The notes: generated from the letters alone by a model not told the origin. A DNA stretch of 64,000 bases from an uncultured Chloroflexia bacterium (GCA_963765765.1 CAVXYC010000028.1:128001-192000); one strand, 5' to 3'. Counted from the stretch's first letter, positions 28,154 through 37,977 are shown. Numbers and translations: made by a program.

Positions 28154-30675
28154 GCTTGAGCCGCTTCGGGGTCATCACCGCCGTATTCCTCATATTGGCG
28201 GCGTGCTCGCCATTCCGTCAGCCGACACTTGACATAGCCCTGCAGTTAGAACACTTCACCATCAAAGTCTCCAGCGAGGAGGCAATCGCCGGCGTTCTCG
28301 CCTCAATCCGAGAGAACGATTTGGGGGTTGCGAGCGTCCTGACGCCCTTGCCCATCATTGACCTCGCGGTCCGCGCCAGCGTGTCGCACTCGGCAATCAG
28401 CCGCCTCACTCAACATCCGGACGTTCGAGAGATCGGCCCAAGCGTCCAGCTCAAAGCCCAAGTGGCGCCAAACGACCCTCTGTATCGAGACTATCAGTGG
28501 GATCTCCGTAAACTCGAGATGGAGGCCGTATGGGAGCTCTCGCAAGGAGATCCAAGCGTCATCGTTGCCGTGCTCGATACGGGCGTCGATCGGGGGCACC
28601 CCGACCTTGGGCCAAATCTGCTTAGCGGCTTCGACTTCGTCAATGACGATTCTGATCCCTCGGACGATGGCACACACGGTACCCACGTCGCAGGCATCAT
28701 CGCGGCAGTAGCGAACAATGGCGAAGGGGTGAGCGGCATGGCGCCACGGAGTCGCGTACTACCTGTGAAGGTGCTGGACTCCCAGGGGCTTGGTCCCGAT
28801 GTGGCCGTTGCCAAAGGCATCATCTACGCGGTGGAACAGGGCGCACGAATCATTAATGTCAGCTCTGGCACGCCGTTCCCCTCACTGGCGCTCAAGGAAG
28901 CGGTGGAGTTCGCGGATAGGCGTGGTGCCCTCGTTGTCGGAGCCGCTGGAAACACGGCCGAACGGGACAATGCAATTGTATTCCCCGCCGCGTACCCTCA
29001 GGTGCTCGCCGTTGGCGCACTTGACGATCGCGACGTTCCGGCGCCCTTCTCACAGCGCCAACAATACGTGTCCATCTCAGCACCAGGTGTGAACATCGCC
29101 AGTACAATCTGGCGGGCGGGTAATGCCGGCGCCGCCTACGGTTCGGGCACCGGAACTTCTGCCGCGGCGCCTCATGTCTCAGCGCTAGCGGCGCTGCTCT
29201 GGTCCGCGGATCCGAGGCTCTCGAAGACCGACGTTCGAAAGATCATTATGGATACCGCCGACGATCTAGGCCCGGCTGGTCGAGACGAAGCCACAGGCGT
29301 CGGACGGTTGAATCCTGGGCGCGCGCTCCGGAGCATCGACGCATCGGTACCGAAGCCGGTAACAGAACCACAAAACGCCGTGGAAACGGCATCGGCGCCT
29401 TCAGGGTCAGCACCAGCCGCGCCGCTACAGCCCGTTACTCCACCGGCGATTGGGTCACCCGCCGTCAGTGGCCCACGGCAATGGTACTTTGCCGATGGAC
29501 GAACTCGAAACAACGCGGAGACTCGGATCGTGCTCTTCAATCCCAGCGAGTCATCGGTCTCCGGACGGATCAACTTCACTACGAGCGACGGTCGCACAAG
29601 TCAGCAGCCGTTGCGCGTGGACCCGTTTGGACGTCTCACAATCTGGGCCAACGACTTCGTTCCAGACAGTGACTTCTCAATCAAAGTAGATGCCGATGAC
29701 ACGTTGTATGTTGAGCGAACGGTCCTGTTTGGTCACGATGCTTCGACTCTAGCGGCAGTGCGGAGCCCCTCTACCACCTGGTATTTCGCGGAAGGCCTGG
29801 CAGATGAGGTATACGAGACGATTCTCGTGATCTCTAATCTGGAGAAGCGCCCGGCTCAGATCTCGATTCGCACCTTCGGAGAGAACGGCCCTGAACCGGA
29901 ATTCCCCATCACGCTTCCTGAAAACTCGCGTGTGTCAATTCAACCGGCCCAGGTTGATGATGGAGGCGCGTTCTCCACCATTGTGACTGCGGACGTGCCG
30001 GTACTCGTAGAGCGCGGTGTCTACTTCGACGGAGGCCGGGGCGGTGATGCGAATGCTGGCACCAAGGCTCCCTCGAGGGTCTGGTACTTCGCCGAGGGCG
30101 ACACGCGTGATGAGTTCGACGCTACGGTCGCGCTCTTCAATCCAAACGCGGAGCCAGCGAACGTCAAGTTTCAGATTATTCGTACGGACGGACGCCCGTC
30201 CGAGCACATCATCCCAGTGCCGGGTTTCACGCGACGTACACTCAAGCTCAACGATCTAATCCCGGATGCGCAATTCTCCATCCGGCTCGAGTCAGACGTG
30301 CCCATCGCCGCTGAACGATCGATCTACGTCGGTGGGGGAAGTCATATCGCGAGCGGTGTCACGCAGCCGGCCACCGAATGGTACCTGGCGGAGGGTGACA
30401 CCATACCGCCTTTCGCGCAATCCATCGCATTGCTTAATCCTACGGATCAGAACGTCAACGTGGAGCTCACCTTCTATCCTGAAACTGGTGGCCCGCCCAA
30501 GATTGAGGCAGTGAAGCTCCGCCCGTTGAGCAGAGGTACGGTGGAGGTGGGCCGCGTGGCCCCCAACAGCCGATCTGCCGCGCGCATACTCGCGGACAAG
30601 GCGATTGTCGTTGAGCGCACGCTGTACTACGAGGATCTGCGCGGCGGCACCAGCGGGCCGGCCATTATGAAGTAA
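28135..30675 (+). CDS. S8 subtilisin-like lipoprotein protease with four C-terminal WY(F/L)A(E/D)G repeats (DUF5719-like)
   Basis: LAAC lipobox; triad VLDTG, HGTHVAG, GTSAAAPHV; AAGN; repeats WYFADG, WYFAEG, WYFAEG, WYLAEG. Confidence 0.88.
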   Translation: MAVARIGLSRFGVITAVFLILAACSPFRQPTLDIALQLEHFTIKVSSEEAIAGVLASIRENDLGVASVLTPLPIIDLAVRASVSHSAISRLTQHPDVREIGPSVQLKAQVAPNDPLYRDYQWDLRKLEMEAVWELSQGDPSVIVAVLDTGVDRGHPDLGPNLLSGFDFVNDDSDPSDDGTHGTHVAGIIAAVANNGEGVSGMAPRSRVLPVKVLDSQGLGPDVAVAKGIIYAVEQGARIINVSSGTPFPSLALKEAVEFADRRGALVVGAAGNTAERDNAIVFPAAYPQVLAVGALDDRDVPAPFSQRQQYVSISAPGVNIASTIWRAGNAGAAYGSGTGTSAAAPHVSALAALLWSADPRLSKTDVRKIIMDTADDLGPAGRDEATGVGRLNPGRALRSIDASVPKPVTEPQNAVETASAPSGSAPAAPLQPVTPPAIGSPAVSGPRQWYFADGRTRNNAETRIVLFNPSESSVSGRINFTTSDGRTSQQPLRVDPFGRLTIWANDFVPDSDFSIKVDADDTLYVERTVLFGHDASTLAAVRSPSTTWYFAEGLADEVYETILVISNLEKRPAQISIRTFGENGPEPEFPITLPENSRVSIQPAQVDDGGAFSTIVTADVPVLVERGVYFDGGRGGDANAGTKAPSRVWYFAEGDTRDEFDATVALFNPNAEPANVKFQIIRTDGRPSEHIIPVPGFTRRTLKLNDLIPDAQFSIRLESDVPIAAERSIYVGGGSHIASGVTQPATEWYLAEGDTIPPFAQSIALLNPTDQNVNVELTFYPETGGPPKIEAVKLRPLSRGTVEVGRVAPNSRSAARILADKAIVVERTLYYEDLRGGTSGPAIMK

Positions 30676-30685
30676 GTTTCACGAG

Positions 30686-30702
30686 CAGGCACGATTCCTG
30701 CC
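30686..30702 (+). promoter_or_regulatory. Possible sigma54 promoter
   Basis: CAGGCACGATTCCTGCC = GG-N10-GC, about 45 nt before ATG 30748; it also forms a small hairpin, so ambiguous. Confidence 0.3.
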
Positions 30703-30747
30703 CAGGGGGTGCTCCAGGACATCTGACAAGACTCAGGGAGTGACTCA

Positions 30748-30972
30748 ATGGATCAGATCTACGATATTGTCTGTATGCTCTGTGGGCGCGCTGTCGGCCA
30801 GCTTCACCGGCACAAGCTTTATCGAGATCCCTCAGCGCATTCGATGCGCAAAGAGGGCAAACGTGCCATCTGTGGTTTCTGCGGCGGCAGCCTCTTCGTT
30901 CAGCCGGACGACACGGGCATGCTTCGATTCCGGGAGCATTCGTCAGAAGAGCGTCACCTCAAAGCGTCGTAA
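30748..30972 (+). CDS. Small zinc-ribbon protein
   Basis: CMLCGR ... CGFCGG; GGGAG RBS. Confidence 0.7.
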   Translation: MDQIYDIVCMLCGRAVGQLHRHKLYRDPSAHSMRKEGKRAICGFCGGSLFVQPDDTGMLRFREHSSEERHLKAS

Positions 30973-31029
30973 CATGTCTGCGTAAGCTCCGAAGACGGAT
31001 TTCGGGCCCACGGCAGATGGAGGCCAGAT

Positions 31030-31311
31030 GTGCTTGCACGCGACGATCTTGAAGCCCGAGCGACTAACATCGCGGGTGAGCTTGTGGAACGCCTGGTCGG
31101 ATCAGCGGAGGATGTGGATTATCGGAGCGGCACGTATCTTCTGGCCTCCATCGCCGCGGAGCTAGGGCAGCATATTCATCGCCGATGTATCGAGTTGGCA
31201 CGCAATGAGAACGGTTCCTGGGAGCTCGCAGCCGCCGATGCGGACTCTCTTGTGACGGGCGCATGGCGATGTGGGGAAACCGTTTCGCAGCTCACTGAAC
31301 GGGGCCTGTGA
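31030..31311 (+). CDS. Hypothetical protein
   Basis: GGAGG RBS before GTG; predicted helical. Confidence 0.55.
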   Translation: MLARDDLEARATNIAGELVERLVGSAEDVDYRSGTYLLASIAAELGQHIHRRCIELARNENGSWELAAADADSLVTGAWRCGETVSQLTERGL

Positions 31312-31365
31312 ATCGGGATTATCGAACAGTCGCGCCTCTTTACAGGGTCCGGAGCCGCTGGTATC

Positions 31366-31743
31366 ATGACCCACATGAGCGAGGAACTGAACCGTCGGAT
31401 TCGCGCAGAGCTGAAACGCCGGGGACTCTCCGAGCGACGCGCCGGACAGATGATGGGCCTGAGTCCGGGCACAATTTCAGCGATTCTGACACATCCTGAG
31501 CAAAATCCGAGTCCGGCCACGTGTCTCAGGCTCGCGGAGTTTCTGGGATGGGACCAAGACATGGTCCTCGAGCTCTCAGGGCACCGCAAGCCGCCCTCTA
31601 ATCGTCCTGATGCGGAATCAGCGCTGGTTGAGTTCGAACGAGCCGTACATCAGTTGCCAATCGACGAGGCGACCCGCGAGTACATCGTGGACTGGACCCG
31701 TCGGTCCATCGAATTCAAGCACTCACAAGATTCGCGTAACTAA
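31366..31743 (+). CDS. XRE-family helix-turn-helix regulator
   Basis: RGLSERRAGQMMGLSPGTISAI...PSPATCLRLAEFLG. Confidence 0.75.
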   Translation: MTHMSEELNRRIRAELKRRGLSERRAGQMMGLSPGTISAILTHPEQNPSPATCLRLAEFLGWDQDMVLELSGHRKPPSNRPDAESALVEFERAVHQLPIDEATREYIVDWTRRSIEFKHSQDSRN

Positions 31744-31875
31744 CCACTATATACCGAGGATGCTAATGGGCGACTTTCAAGTCGCCCATATTTGTTGACC
31801 ATTCAGGTTGTGGCCCTCTGCCCCTGGCTCTCCCGAGCCGCCTTTTGCTCACCCGGCCGCGAAGCCACGCAGGGT

Positions 31876-32589
31876 TCAAAACCCGCGAATCCAGCTCATG
31901 ACGCGGGTCCATGGCGGCACCGGCCGCAGGCGGCGGGTCGGTCTGTCAAGGCGTTGCTGCGGCTCGTAAGGTGGCACCGACGCCGGGGTTTGCGGTGCGA
32001 ATCTCTCATCTGAGCTAGCTGGTGTGGACGTAGACTCTAGGGGAGATGCGGTGACGGCCGGCGCGCTGAGCCGGTCCAATCGCTTCCGCAGGCTTTCCCA
32101 CTCTTCCGATGCCAGACCACTCACAGCCGCCGCTGGGGCATCGTCGTGTCTGACATCGACAGGGTCGCCTAAGGTCGGCTGAGCCGCTTCCAGACGCGCC
32201 TTGAGGGAGCCCACCTCTTCGCGCAGGTCACCGTTTTCTTTGATGAGCTGCTCAATCGTCTCCACAAGTCGCGAGACGGCCGGCGCAATGGCAGTGGTCG
32301 CTAAGCCGGCCGTGTACGACTCCACCGCACGGGCGCGTGCGAGTAAATCGGGATTTCCTTCCGCTTCCTGCGAGGACGGGTCCGCAGTCTGAGGGCTCGC
32401 ATCATCAGCCTCTCGGGACCCCAGCTCCCGGCGCACGGCCGCAAGTGCATCGTCGCTGATGAGTCTGACACGGCCATGGGGACCGTCGACCCAATCAGCC
32501 CGGATCTTGCCGCTGGCTACCCACTGAGTGACCCGTGTCGGATGAACACCGAGCTGGGCCGCGGCTTCTCGTACCGATAACTGCGCCAT
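31876..32589 (-). CDS. Excisionase/MerR-like HTH protein with coiled coil
   Basis: LSVREAAAQLGVHPTRVTQWVASGKI; IEQLIKENGDLREEVGSLKARLE; C-terminal PWTRVMSW. Confidence 0.7.
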   Translation of the reverse strand: MAQLSVREAAAQLGVHPTRVTQWVASGKIRADWVDGPHGRVRLISDDALAAVRRELGSREADDASPQTADPSSQEAEGNPDLLARARAVESYTAGLATTAIAPAVSRLVETIEQLIKENGDLREEVGSLKARLEAAQPTLGDPVDVRHDDAPAAAVSGLASEEWESLRKRLDRLSAPAVTASPLESTSTPASSDERFAPQTPASVPPYEPQQRLDRPTRRLRPVPPWTRVMSWIRGF

Positions 32590-32629
32590 ACGCCGGGGAT
32601 TCTACCGGAGCTCCAGGCTGGAGCGGCGG

Positions 32630-33335
32630 GGCCCACATCGCGGACGTTATTGCATTCATCGTGAATGGGAAGGATTACATGGCCGATCGCTTCTCCGCGC
32701 AGTACGCGCCCAGTGCTAACGTACGAATGGTGAACAGCCAGCCTTATAAGCGCGAGCTGGGGTCGGCTCTACTGGTTGGCATCTTCGATCGAACTCTTCC
32801 TGGCGTGGCACGTGAGGTTCAGCAGCTCAGCGCGTTGATGCCCGATGCCCTCAAACTTTGGAGGATCGCCCGACCATTGCAGAATTTCGGAAGCACGCCG
32901 CGGGAGCCTCCACCGTGCATATGGCCACACACATGGGGCATTTCGCGAGGACAATCCCGCATTTTCAGCAATCAAGTTTGCCGATGACTGGATGACCGCC
33001 GCGGACCTTGCCGAGATCTGCCGGGTACTTCTCTCATTACGCTCTTCGCATGCGAGACAGGAGTTAGCTCAGATCAGGGCGGCGGCGAGATCATGGGAAT
33101 CAGTCAGGCCATCCTGGGAGCTGGCTGTTCATCACTCATTTCGAGTCTCTGGACGGCTGACGATGAGGGAACGGTAGCGCTGATGATCGACTTTTATACG
33201 GAGCTCAAGCACCGAGCGTCGGCCTCCCGCGCGATGCGTAGCGCCATGCTGGCCGTCCGTCAGCGTTCCGATCATCCCTCTTTCTGGGCGGCGTTCGCGG
33301 TATTCGGAGACGGCAAGCTCCCTATGTCCCGATAA
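32630..33335 (+). pseudogene. CHAT (caspase-like) protease domain, N-terminally truncated, three frameshifts
   Basis: Joined frames give YAPS, LPGVAREV, VHMATH-G, FSAIKFAD, ITLFACETG, LGAG..SLISSLW.ADD, FY..L, HP.FWAAF..FG. Confidence 0.75.
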
Positions 33336-33600
33336 CGGGGTTGCCGTCCCTGGCAGCCCGCCAACGCGGCTCCAGGTCGGCGCACAACAGGCCCAGCTCC
33401 CAGTCGTCACCTGACACGCCCTCGATGAGGATGCGTTCAAAGTCTTCCTGGCCCATCTTGTGCTGCATGAGCGCCTCGAGCTGATCTATCTTGATGCGCA
33501 GCGGATGTCTCTGAGCGTGACCCTGCGCCAATTTCCACTGGCGCTCATAATCGTGCATCATGGCGCGGCAGAACTCGTCGGGCGATACGCTGCTATTCAT
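33322..33600 (-). CDS. Hypothetical protein
   Basis: 92 aa ATG ORF of helical composition; no motif. Confidence 0.5.
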   Translation of the reverse strand: MNSSVSPDEFCRAMMHDYERQWKLAQGHAQRHPLRIKIDQLEALMQHKMGQEDFERILIEGVSGDDWELGLLCADLEPRWRAARDGNPVIGT

Positions 33601-33732
33601 AGCTCGTCATCCGTCACGTGGCTGCATCGCCGACTAATCACCTGAGTCCATCTGTCTCTAAACACATCTTACGTCGGTTAAGCCAACGATCGTCCGTGCC
33701 GTCGGAGTCGGACGCGCGGTGTGTTGAGGTTT

Positions 33733-34977
33733 ATGAGTAACCAAGCGAGCCGTTGGGACGATGTGCGCGCCGACTGGCGCTTCACCGCGGGCCTTTTCTT
33801 CGTCACCGTGCTTCTGGAGACGGCCGCGTTCGGTCAGTTGACCGCGTTTACGCCGCTGTACCTGAGGCAAGTGATCGGCATGCCCGCGGAGCAAGTGCCG
33901 TTCTGGACCGGCGTGCTCGTCGCGACCTCCCTGGCCGTAGCTGTACCGCTTGCTCCCTGGTGGGGCGTACTGGCGGATCGATATAGCCGCAAGCTCTTCA
34001 TCGTCCGGAGCATGGTTGTCGATGGGATTGGCTATGCCATGGCGGCCGTCGCGACCGACCTGTGGCACGTGATCCTGCTCCGCATGGTCCTGGGGCTCTC
34101 CTACGGAAATATTGGCATCGTGTTTGCCGCTCAATCGCTTGTCACTCCCGATCGACGCGTAGGCAGCGCCATCGGAATTATCCAGGCTGCTGTCCCTATC
34201 GGAATAAGCGTGGGGCCGCTTCTGGGGGGCCTGATCGTGGAGCGCTATGGTCTTCGTTGGCTCTTCATGATCAACTCGGCGGTGGTAGGACTGGCTTTCC
34301 TACTGACTATGGTGTTCCTCAAGGAATCGCCAGTGCGCGGAGCTGGAAGCGGAATCCGCCAACAGCTCGGAACGGTCGGGCGGTTTGTCATCAAGTCCCC
34401 ACCAATTCGCTGGAATTTCATTCTCTGGTTTCTCATGGCTTGCGGAGTTTCGAGCATCGATCCCTATGTCCCAATTCTCATTGAGCGGCGCTATGACGGG
34501 CCGGACTTGCCGAGCACGATAGGTCAGATTATGGCGGTCTATGGGATTGTGACCGGGGTTGCAACGCCATTCGTGGCACGTCTGGGAGAGCGTCTGGGGC
34601 CGGACCGATGGATGGCCATCACTACGCCGTGGCTGGCTATCGCCGTGTTGGCCATGGCCTTTGCACCCAGTCTCCCTCTTCTGGTGGCGGCGCAGCTTCT
34701 TCGAGCATTACCTCAATCGGGCACACAGGCTGTGCTTTACGCCCATATGAACGCGTACGTCCCGCGTTCACTACGCGCCTCGGTCATGGGCCTCAGCCCG
34801 CTCCCGCGAAATTTGGCCATGCTCCTTGCTCCGCTTGGAGCAGCGGCCGCGTCTTCACTCTCGCTTAGCCTGGTATTCGTGATGGGAGCCGCTGCGTACA
34901 TGCTCGCGTTCGTGGCAACGTTTCCGCTTCGCCGAGCCAGCCGAAAACAGGGGCGCGAGGTGTCAACTTCCCCCTAA
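33733..34977 (+). CDS. MFS transporter (DHA1-like)
   Basis: WGVLADRYSRK motif A, G...GPLLGG, about 12 TM helices. Confidence 0.88.
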   Translation: MSNQASRWDDVRADWRFTAGLFFVTVLLETAAFGQLTAFTPLYLRQVIGMPAEQVPFWTGVLVATSLAVAVPLAPWWGVLADRYSRKLFIVRSMVVDGIGYAMAAVATDLWHVILLRMVLGLSYGNIGIVFAAQSLVTPDRRVGSAIGIIQAAVPIGISVGPLLGGLIVERYGLRWLFMINSAVVGLAFLLTMVFLKESPVRGAGSGIRQQLGTVGRFVIKSPPIRWNFILWFLMACGVSSIDPYVPILIERRYDGPDLPSTIGQIMAVYGIVTGVATPFVARLGERLGPDRWMAITTPWLAIAVLAMAFAPSLPLLVAAQLLRALPQSGTQAVLYAHMNAYVPRSLRASVMGLSPLPRNLAMLLAPLGAAAASSLSLSLVFVMGAAAYMLAFVATFPLRRASRKQGREVSTSP

Positions 34978-35125
34978 GAACACCTAGATCCAGGTCAGGT
35001 GATTGGCGGCTACAGTAATGTCTCAATTTCAAAAGACGGGTCTTTAGATCAGTTGATCCGGCTTGACTCCTGCCTCACAGGTTGGGAAGATCGATCAGCC
35101 TCAGTCGAGCTTCGGAGGGTCACGC

Positions 35126-35896
35126 GTGATTCGGCAATGCATCGTTCTCGTTCTTACACTCGCGGCGCTCGGGCCGTTGCTGAGTCCGCTCACAGCTGAA
35201 GAAGTCGATGCGTGCGCCGCCATCGTCGACGACCGACAAGGCTCTAGCGAGGTATGCGGTGTGGAGAGGGAAGAATCGACACCATACGCGACCTGGTGGG
35301 TGCGTGCACATTCCCGCACACAGACGTTCAACGGCGGAAAAGACTCCCGGGAGATCTCTGACGAGGTAGAAGTCGGCCAGCTATTCCGGGTTCAGGCAGA
35401 ACAGGATGGCCCACGCTTGAAGGTGTGGGATCCGCGCCACGACGTTCAGACCTGGATCCCGGCCGCCTCCGTTGGTCCTGTGGACCCGCCGGCCTGGGCA
35501 GATTTCGCGGAGAACGGCCGTTGGCTAGAGGTGTCGCTGGCAGTGCCGCAGAACATCACGGCATATCAAGGCGACGAACCAGTGATGAATGCCCTGGTGA
35601 CCGCCGGAACCAATGGAACGACGTCCCCAGGGTTCTATCGAATACTTAGGCGCGTGGCGAACGAGACCATGGATTCCCGGCGTGCGCCTGGAGTAACCGA
35701 CAACTACCTTCTCAAGAATGTGCTCTGGACACAGTACTTTAACTTCGATGGTGCCGCGATTCACTATAACTGGTGGGGCCCGCCGAACGGATTCGGTCGG
35801 CCGGGGAGCCATGGCTGCCTCGGGATGATGCACAACGACTCAAAGTTCCTCTGGGACTGGGCGGGCGTAGGCACGCCTATCGTGATCCATTACTAA
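35126..35896 (+). CDS. L,D-transpeptidase (YkuD domain), secreted
   Basis: Signal peptide; AIH.NWW...FGRPGSHGCLGM; GGAGG RBS before GTG 35126. Confidence 0.85.
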   Translation: MIRQCIVLVLTLAALGPLLSPLTAEEVDACAAIVDDRQGSSEVCGVEREESTPYATWWVRAHSRTQTFNGGKDSREISDEVEVGQLFRVQAEQDGPRLKVWDPRHDVQTWIPAASVGPVDPPAWADFAENGRWLEVSLAVPQNITAYQGDEPVMNALVTAGTNGTTSPGFYRILRRVANETMDSRRAPGVTDNYLLKNVLWTQYFNFDGAAIHYNWWGPPNGFGRPGSHGCLGMMHNDSKFLWDWAGVGTPIVIHY

Positions 35897-35911
35897 GGAA
35901 CCCTCTAAGCA

Positions 35912-35961
35912 AGAAGCGAAAGCCCCGCGCGACATCGATGTCGCGCGGGGCTTTCGCTTCT
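35912..35961. terminator. Perfect 50-bp palindrome, likely bidirectional terminator
   Basis: AGAAGCGAAAGCCCCGCGCGACATC|GATGTCGCGCGGGGCTTTCGCTTCT. Confidence 0.75.
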
Positions 35962-36024
35962 CTAGAGATCCTCTTGTGACGCCGCCGTAACGCGACCTAC
36001 GTTGCAGCCACTGACGGGTTATTA

Positions 36025-36051
36025 GAACATACGTTCATCGAACACTTGTTC
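36025..36051. promoter_or_regulatory. Two tandem LexA (SOS) boxes GAAC-N4-GTTC
   Basis: GAACatacGTTC (36025-36036) and GAACacttGTTC (36040-36051), matching the Gram-positive/Chloroflexota LexA consensus. Confidence 0.7.
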
Positions 36052-36096
36052 TGGAGGATTCTGATGTGGATCGATTCGATGGGCAATCTCTGGGTT

Positions 36097-36930
36097 TCAA
36101 GTCTTGGTGATATCGTCGGACTGCTCTGCGTCGTTCTCAGCATCTTCGTGATTGCTCACGTCAGCCTGGCTCATGAGGGCAGCGTGAATTCTGCCCGCAA
36201 GCGCCTTGGCGAGTATCTGGTGGGCGCCGAGATGCTCACCAATCGTGAGCTCTACACCAAGACGTTCCGCTTCAGCCCGCGCCTGCGGCTCGATACGGCG
36301 CGCCAGCACTCCCGTATTCAGAAAGTAGTGGACCGTCACCACGTGACGGGCGCCACGATCCACGCAGCGAGCCATCCCATCCACCACCGTTGGCCGGGCC
36401 AAGCTCACGAACGCAGGCTCCACCAGCGTGGAAAGCTTGTCGCTTAGCTTCGCCGCCATGCGGGCGAGCTCAGCGTTGGCATCAGGCGAGCTGGTTCCAG
36501 CGCCCACGAGCAGAATGGCCCAGGGATCCTCGGCTAACGCTGGAGCCGAGTTCCGAGCGCATCGGACTCGGTCAGCCAGCACTTCAAGGAGTCCATCACC
36601 GGAGCTCACTTGCGGAAGCATCGTAATCACAAGCTCAGGATTCCGCGCACGAGCCGCCGCGAGCTCCGCGGGGATATCCCGCCGCACATGCCCGGCGTCA
36701 AACAGGAACAGCGGCAGAACTATGAGCCCTCGAGACTCCCGGGCGAGCGCATCCACTGCCGCTTGAATAGACGGCGAGTCAGAGCCGGGGAACTCAAGCA
36801 CCGCGTGCCCGACAGTCGTTCCTCGAAGCTCTCGCGAGATTGCTCTCACTTGATCGAGAAACTCTCCTCGCGCTGCTTCATCGCGGCTACCGTGAGCCAC
36901 AATGAGCACAGCGATGTCCGCCGTGCTCAT
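36097..36930 (-). CDS. cbiX: CbiX/SirB sirohydrochlorin chelatase (two-domain)
   Basis: VAHGSRD, LEF..PSI, PLFLFDAGHVRRDIP, G.GTSSPDAN, YFLNTGVL. Confidence 0.85.
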   Translation of the reverse strand: MSTADIAVLIVAHGSRDEAARGEFLDQVRAISRELRGTTVGHAVLEFPGSDSPSIQAAVDALARESRGLIVLPLFLFDAGHVRRDIPAELAAARARNPELVITMLPQVSSGDGLLEVLADRVRCARNSAPALAEDPWAILLVGAGTSSPDANAELARMAAKLSDKLSTLVEPAFVSLARPTVVDGMARCVDRGARHVVTVHYFLNTGVLARRIEPQARAEAERLGVELTIGEHLGAHQILAKALAGRIHAALMSQADVSNHEDAENDAEQSDDITKT

Positions 36931-36949
36931 CGGGCTCTGCTTCATAAAC

Positions 36950-37696
36950 TCAGGCGCCACCAAGTGAAAACCAGATGCCGCGCTCACCATTGAAATTGGT
37001 CTCGAAGAGAAGCTCCTGAGCGCTCTCACCTTTCGGCACCTCATAAACCACATATCCCGTGACTTTGGCGCCAGGATAGATCGAGCCAAAAAGTCGAGGT
37101 TCGGGCTCAATGATCGATGCCGTCTGGCGCAACACACGGTCCGCTCCCACCAGCTTGAAATCTGTTCCGCTCACCTGGAACGCATCGTCCGACGGACCGG
37201 TGAGGTAGACCATGCTGAGCTTGGCAGCGAGATAATTGAACGAATCGTCGGGCGCTCGATTGAATCGATTCGCTTTTTGCACCAGCGGCCATGCGTCCCG
37301 AACGACCTCATCGATCGAGACTTCGAAGGTCGAGATACGACCGCGCCGATCAACCGAGCACTTACATATCACTCCCTGCGGAATTGGTCGGGTCAGATCC
37401 AGACCAAAAGTGTCTGACGGCTCGATGACGTTGCGTTCTATCCCGGCGGTAGGGAGACGGGGCGTAATTGGGAGATCTCCGCTTGCCGACGCCAGCGGTA
37501 TCGCATCGATGTCCTCGTCAGTGAGCGCCGCGAGAGCAATGGGATAACGTAAGCCATCCTGGATTAAGAACATAGAGCCATCAGATTTCTGCCCAATCGA
37601 TCGATTGGGCACGATCTGCAGCGCAATCGCCGGGGCCGCGACGATCACACTGAGCGCAAATGCAAGAAGCGGTACGAATCGAACGGTGCGAGGCAT
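36950..37696 (-). CDS. Secreted hypothetical protein with DUF4352-like Ig-fold C-terminus
   Basis: Signal peptide (..APAIA); DFKLVG...IYPGAKVTGYVVYEVP. Confidence 0.55.
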   Translation of the reverse strand: MPRTVRFVPLLAFALSVIVAAPAIALQIVPNRSIGQKSDGSMFLIQDGLRYPIALAALTDEDIDAIPLASASGDLPITPRLPTAGIERNVIEPSDTFGLDLTRPIPQGVICKCSVDRRGRISTFEVSIDEVVRDAWPLVQKANRFNRAPDDSFNYLAAKLSMVYLTGPSDDAFQVSGTDFKLVGADRVLRQTASIIEPEPRLFGSIYPGAKVTGYVVYEVPKGESAQELLFETNFNGERGIWFSLGGA

Positions 37697-37959
37697 GCAT
37701 CCCCCTGATGCGTTCATATGAGCCCCGTAATCGCCGGAGCAAAGCGCTGATTTCTACAACGAATTTTTGAACCAACCCGAATCGGAGAATTCGACTCGTT
37801 CAGCATCATTGTTAATCTGCACCTTTCAAATGCTAGCGACACGGATGTACTTCCGCTATGCTGTCGTCCAGCGTGATAAGAGCGCGAGTAGCTGTCCTGT
37901 GACCCTTCGGAGGTCGGCGTAAATTGGACACGTTGCACAACTGGCTGGGCAAGTACGGC

Positions 37960-37968
37960 TGGTATAAT
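37960..37968 (+). promoter_or_regulatory. Extended -10 promoter of the MoxR/vWA operon
   Basis: TG-G-TATAAT just upstream of ATG 37978. Confidence 0.45.
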
Positions 37969-37977
37969 GAGCCCTAT

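Noticed and set aside
29470-30640. Repeats as CRISPR or DNA tandem repeats
   Set aside because: They are diverged protein-level repeats within the S8 ORF; no repeat-spacer array or cas gene was seen in the window.
36046-36447. 133-aa plus-strand ORF as a confident CDS
   Set aside because: Mostly antisense to conserved cbiX, and its hydrophobic stretch is the expected mirror of the acidic cbiX tail; kept only as an alternative in the LexA finding.
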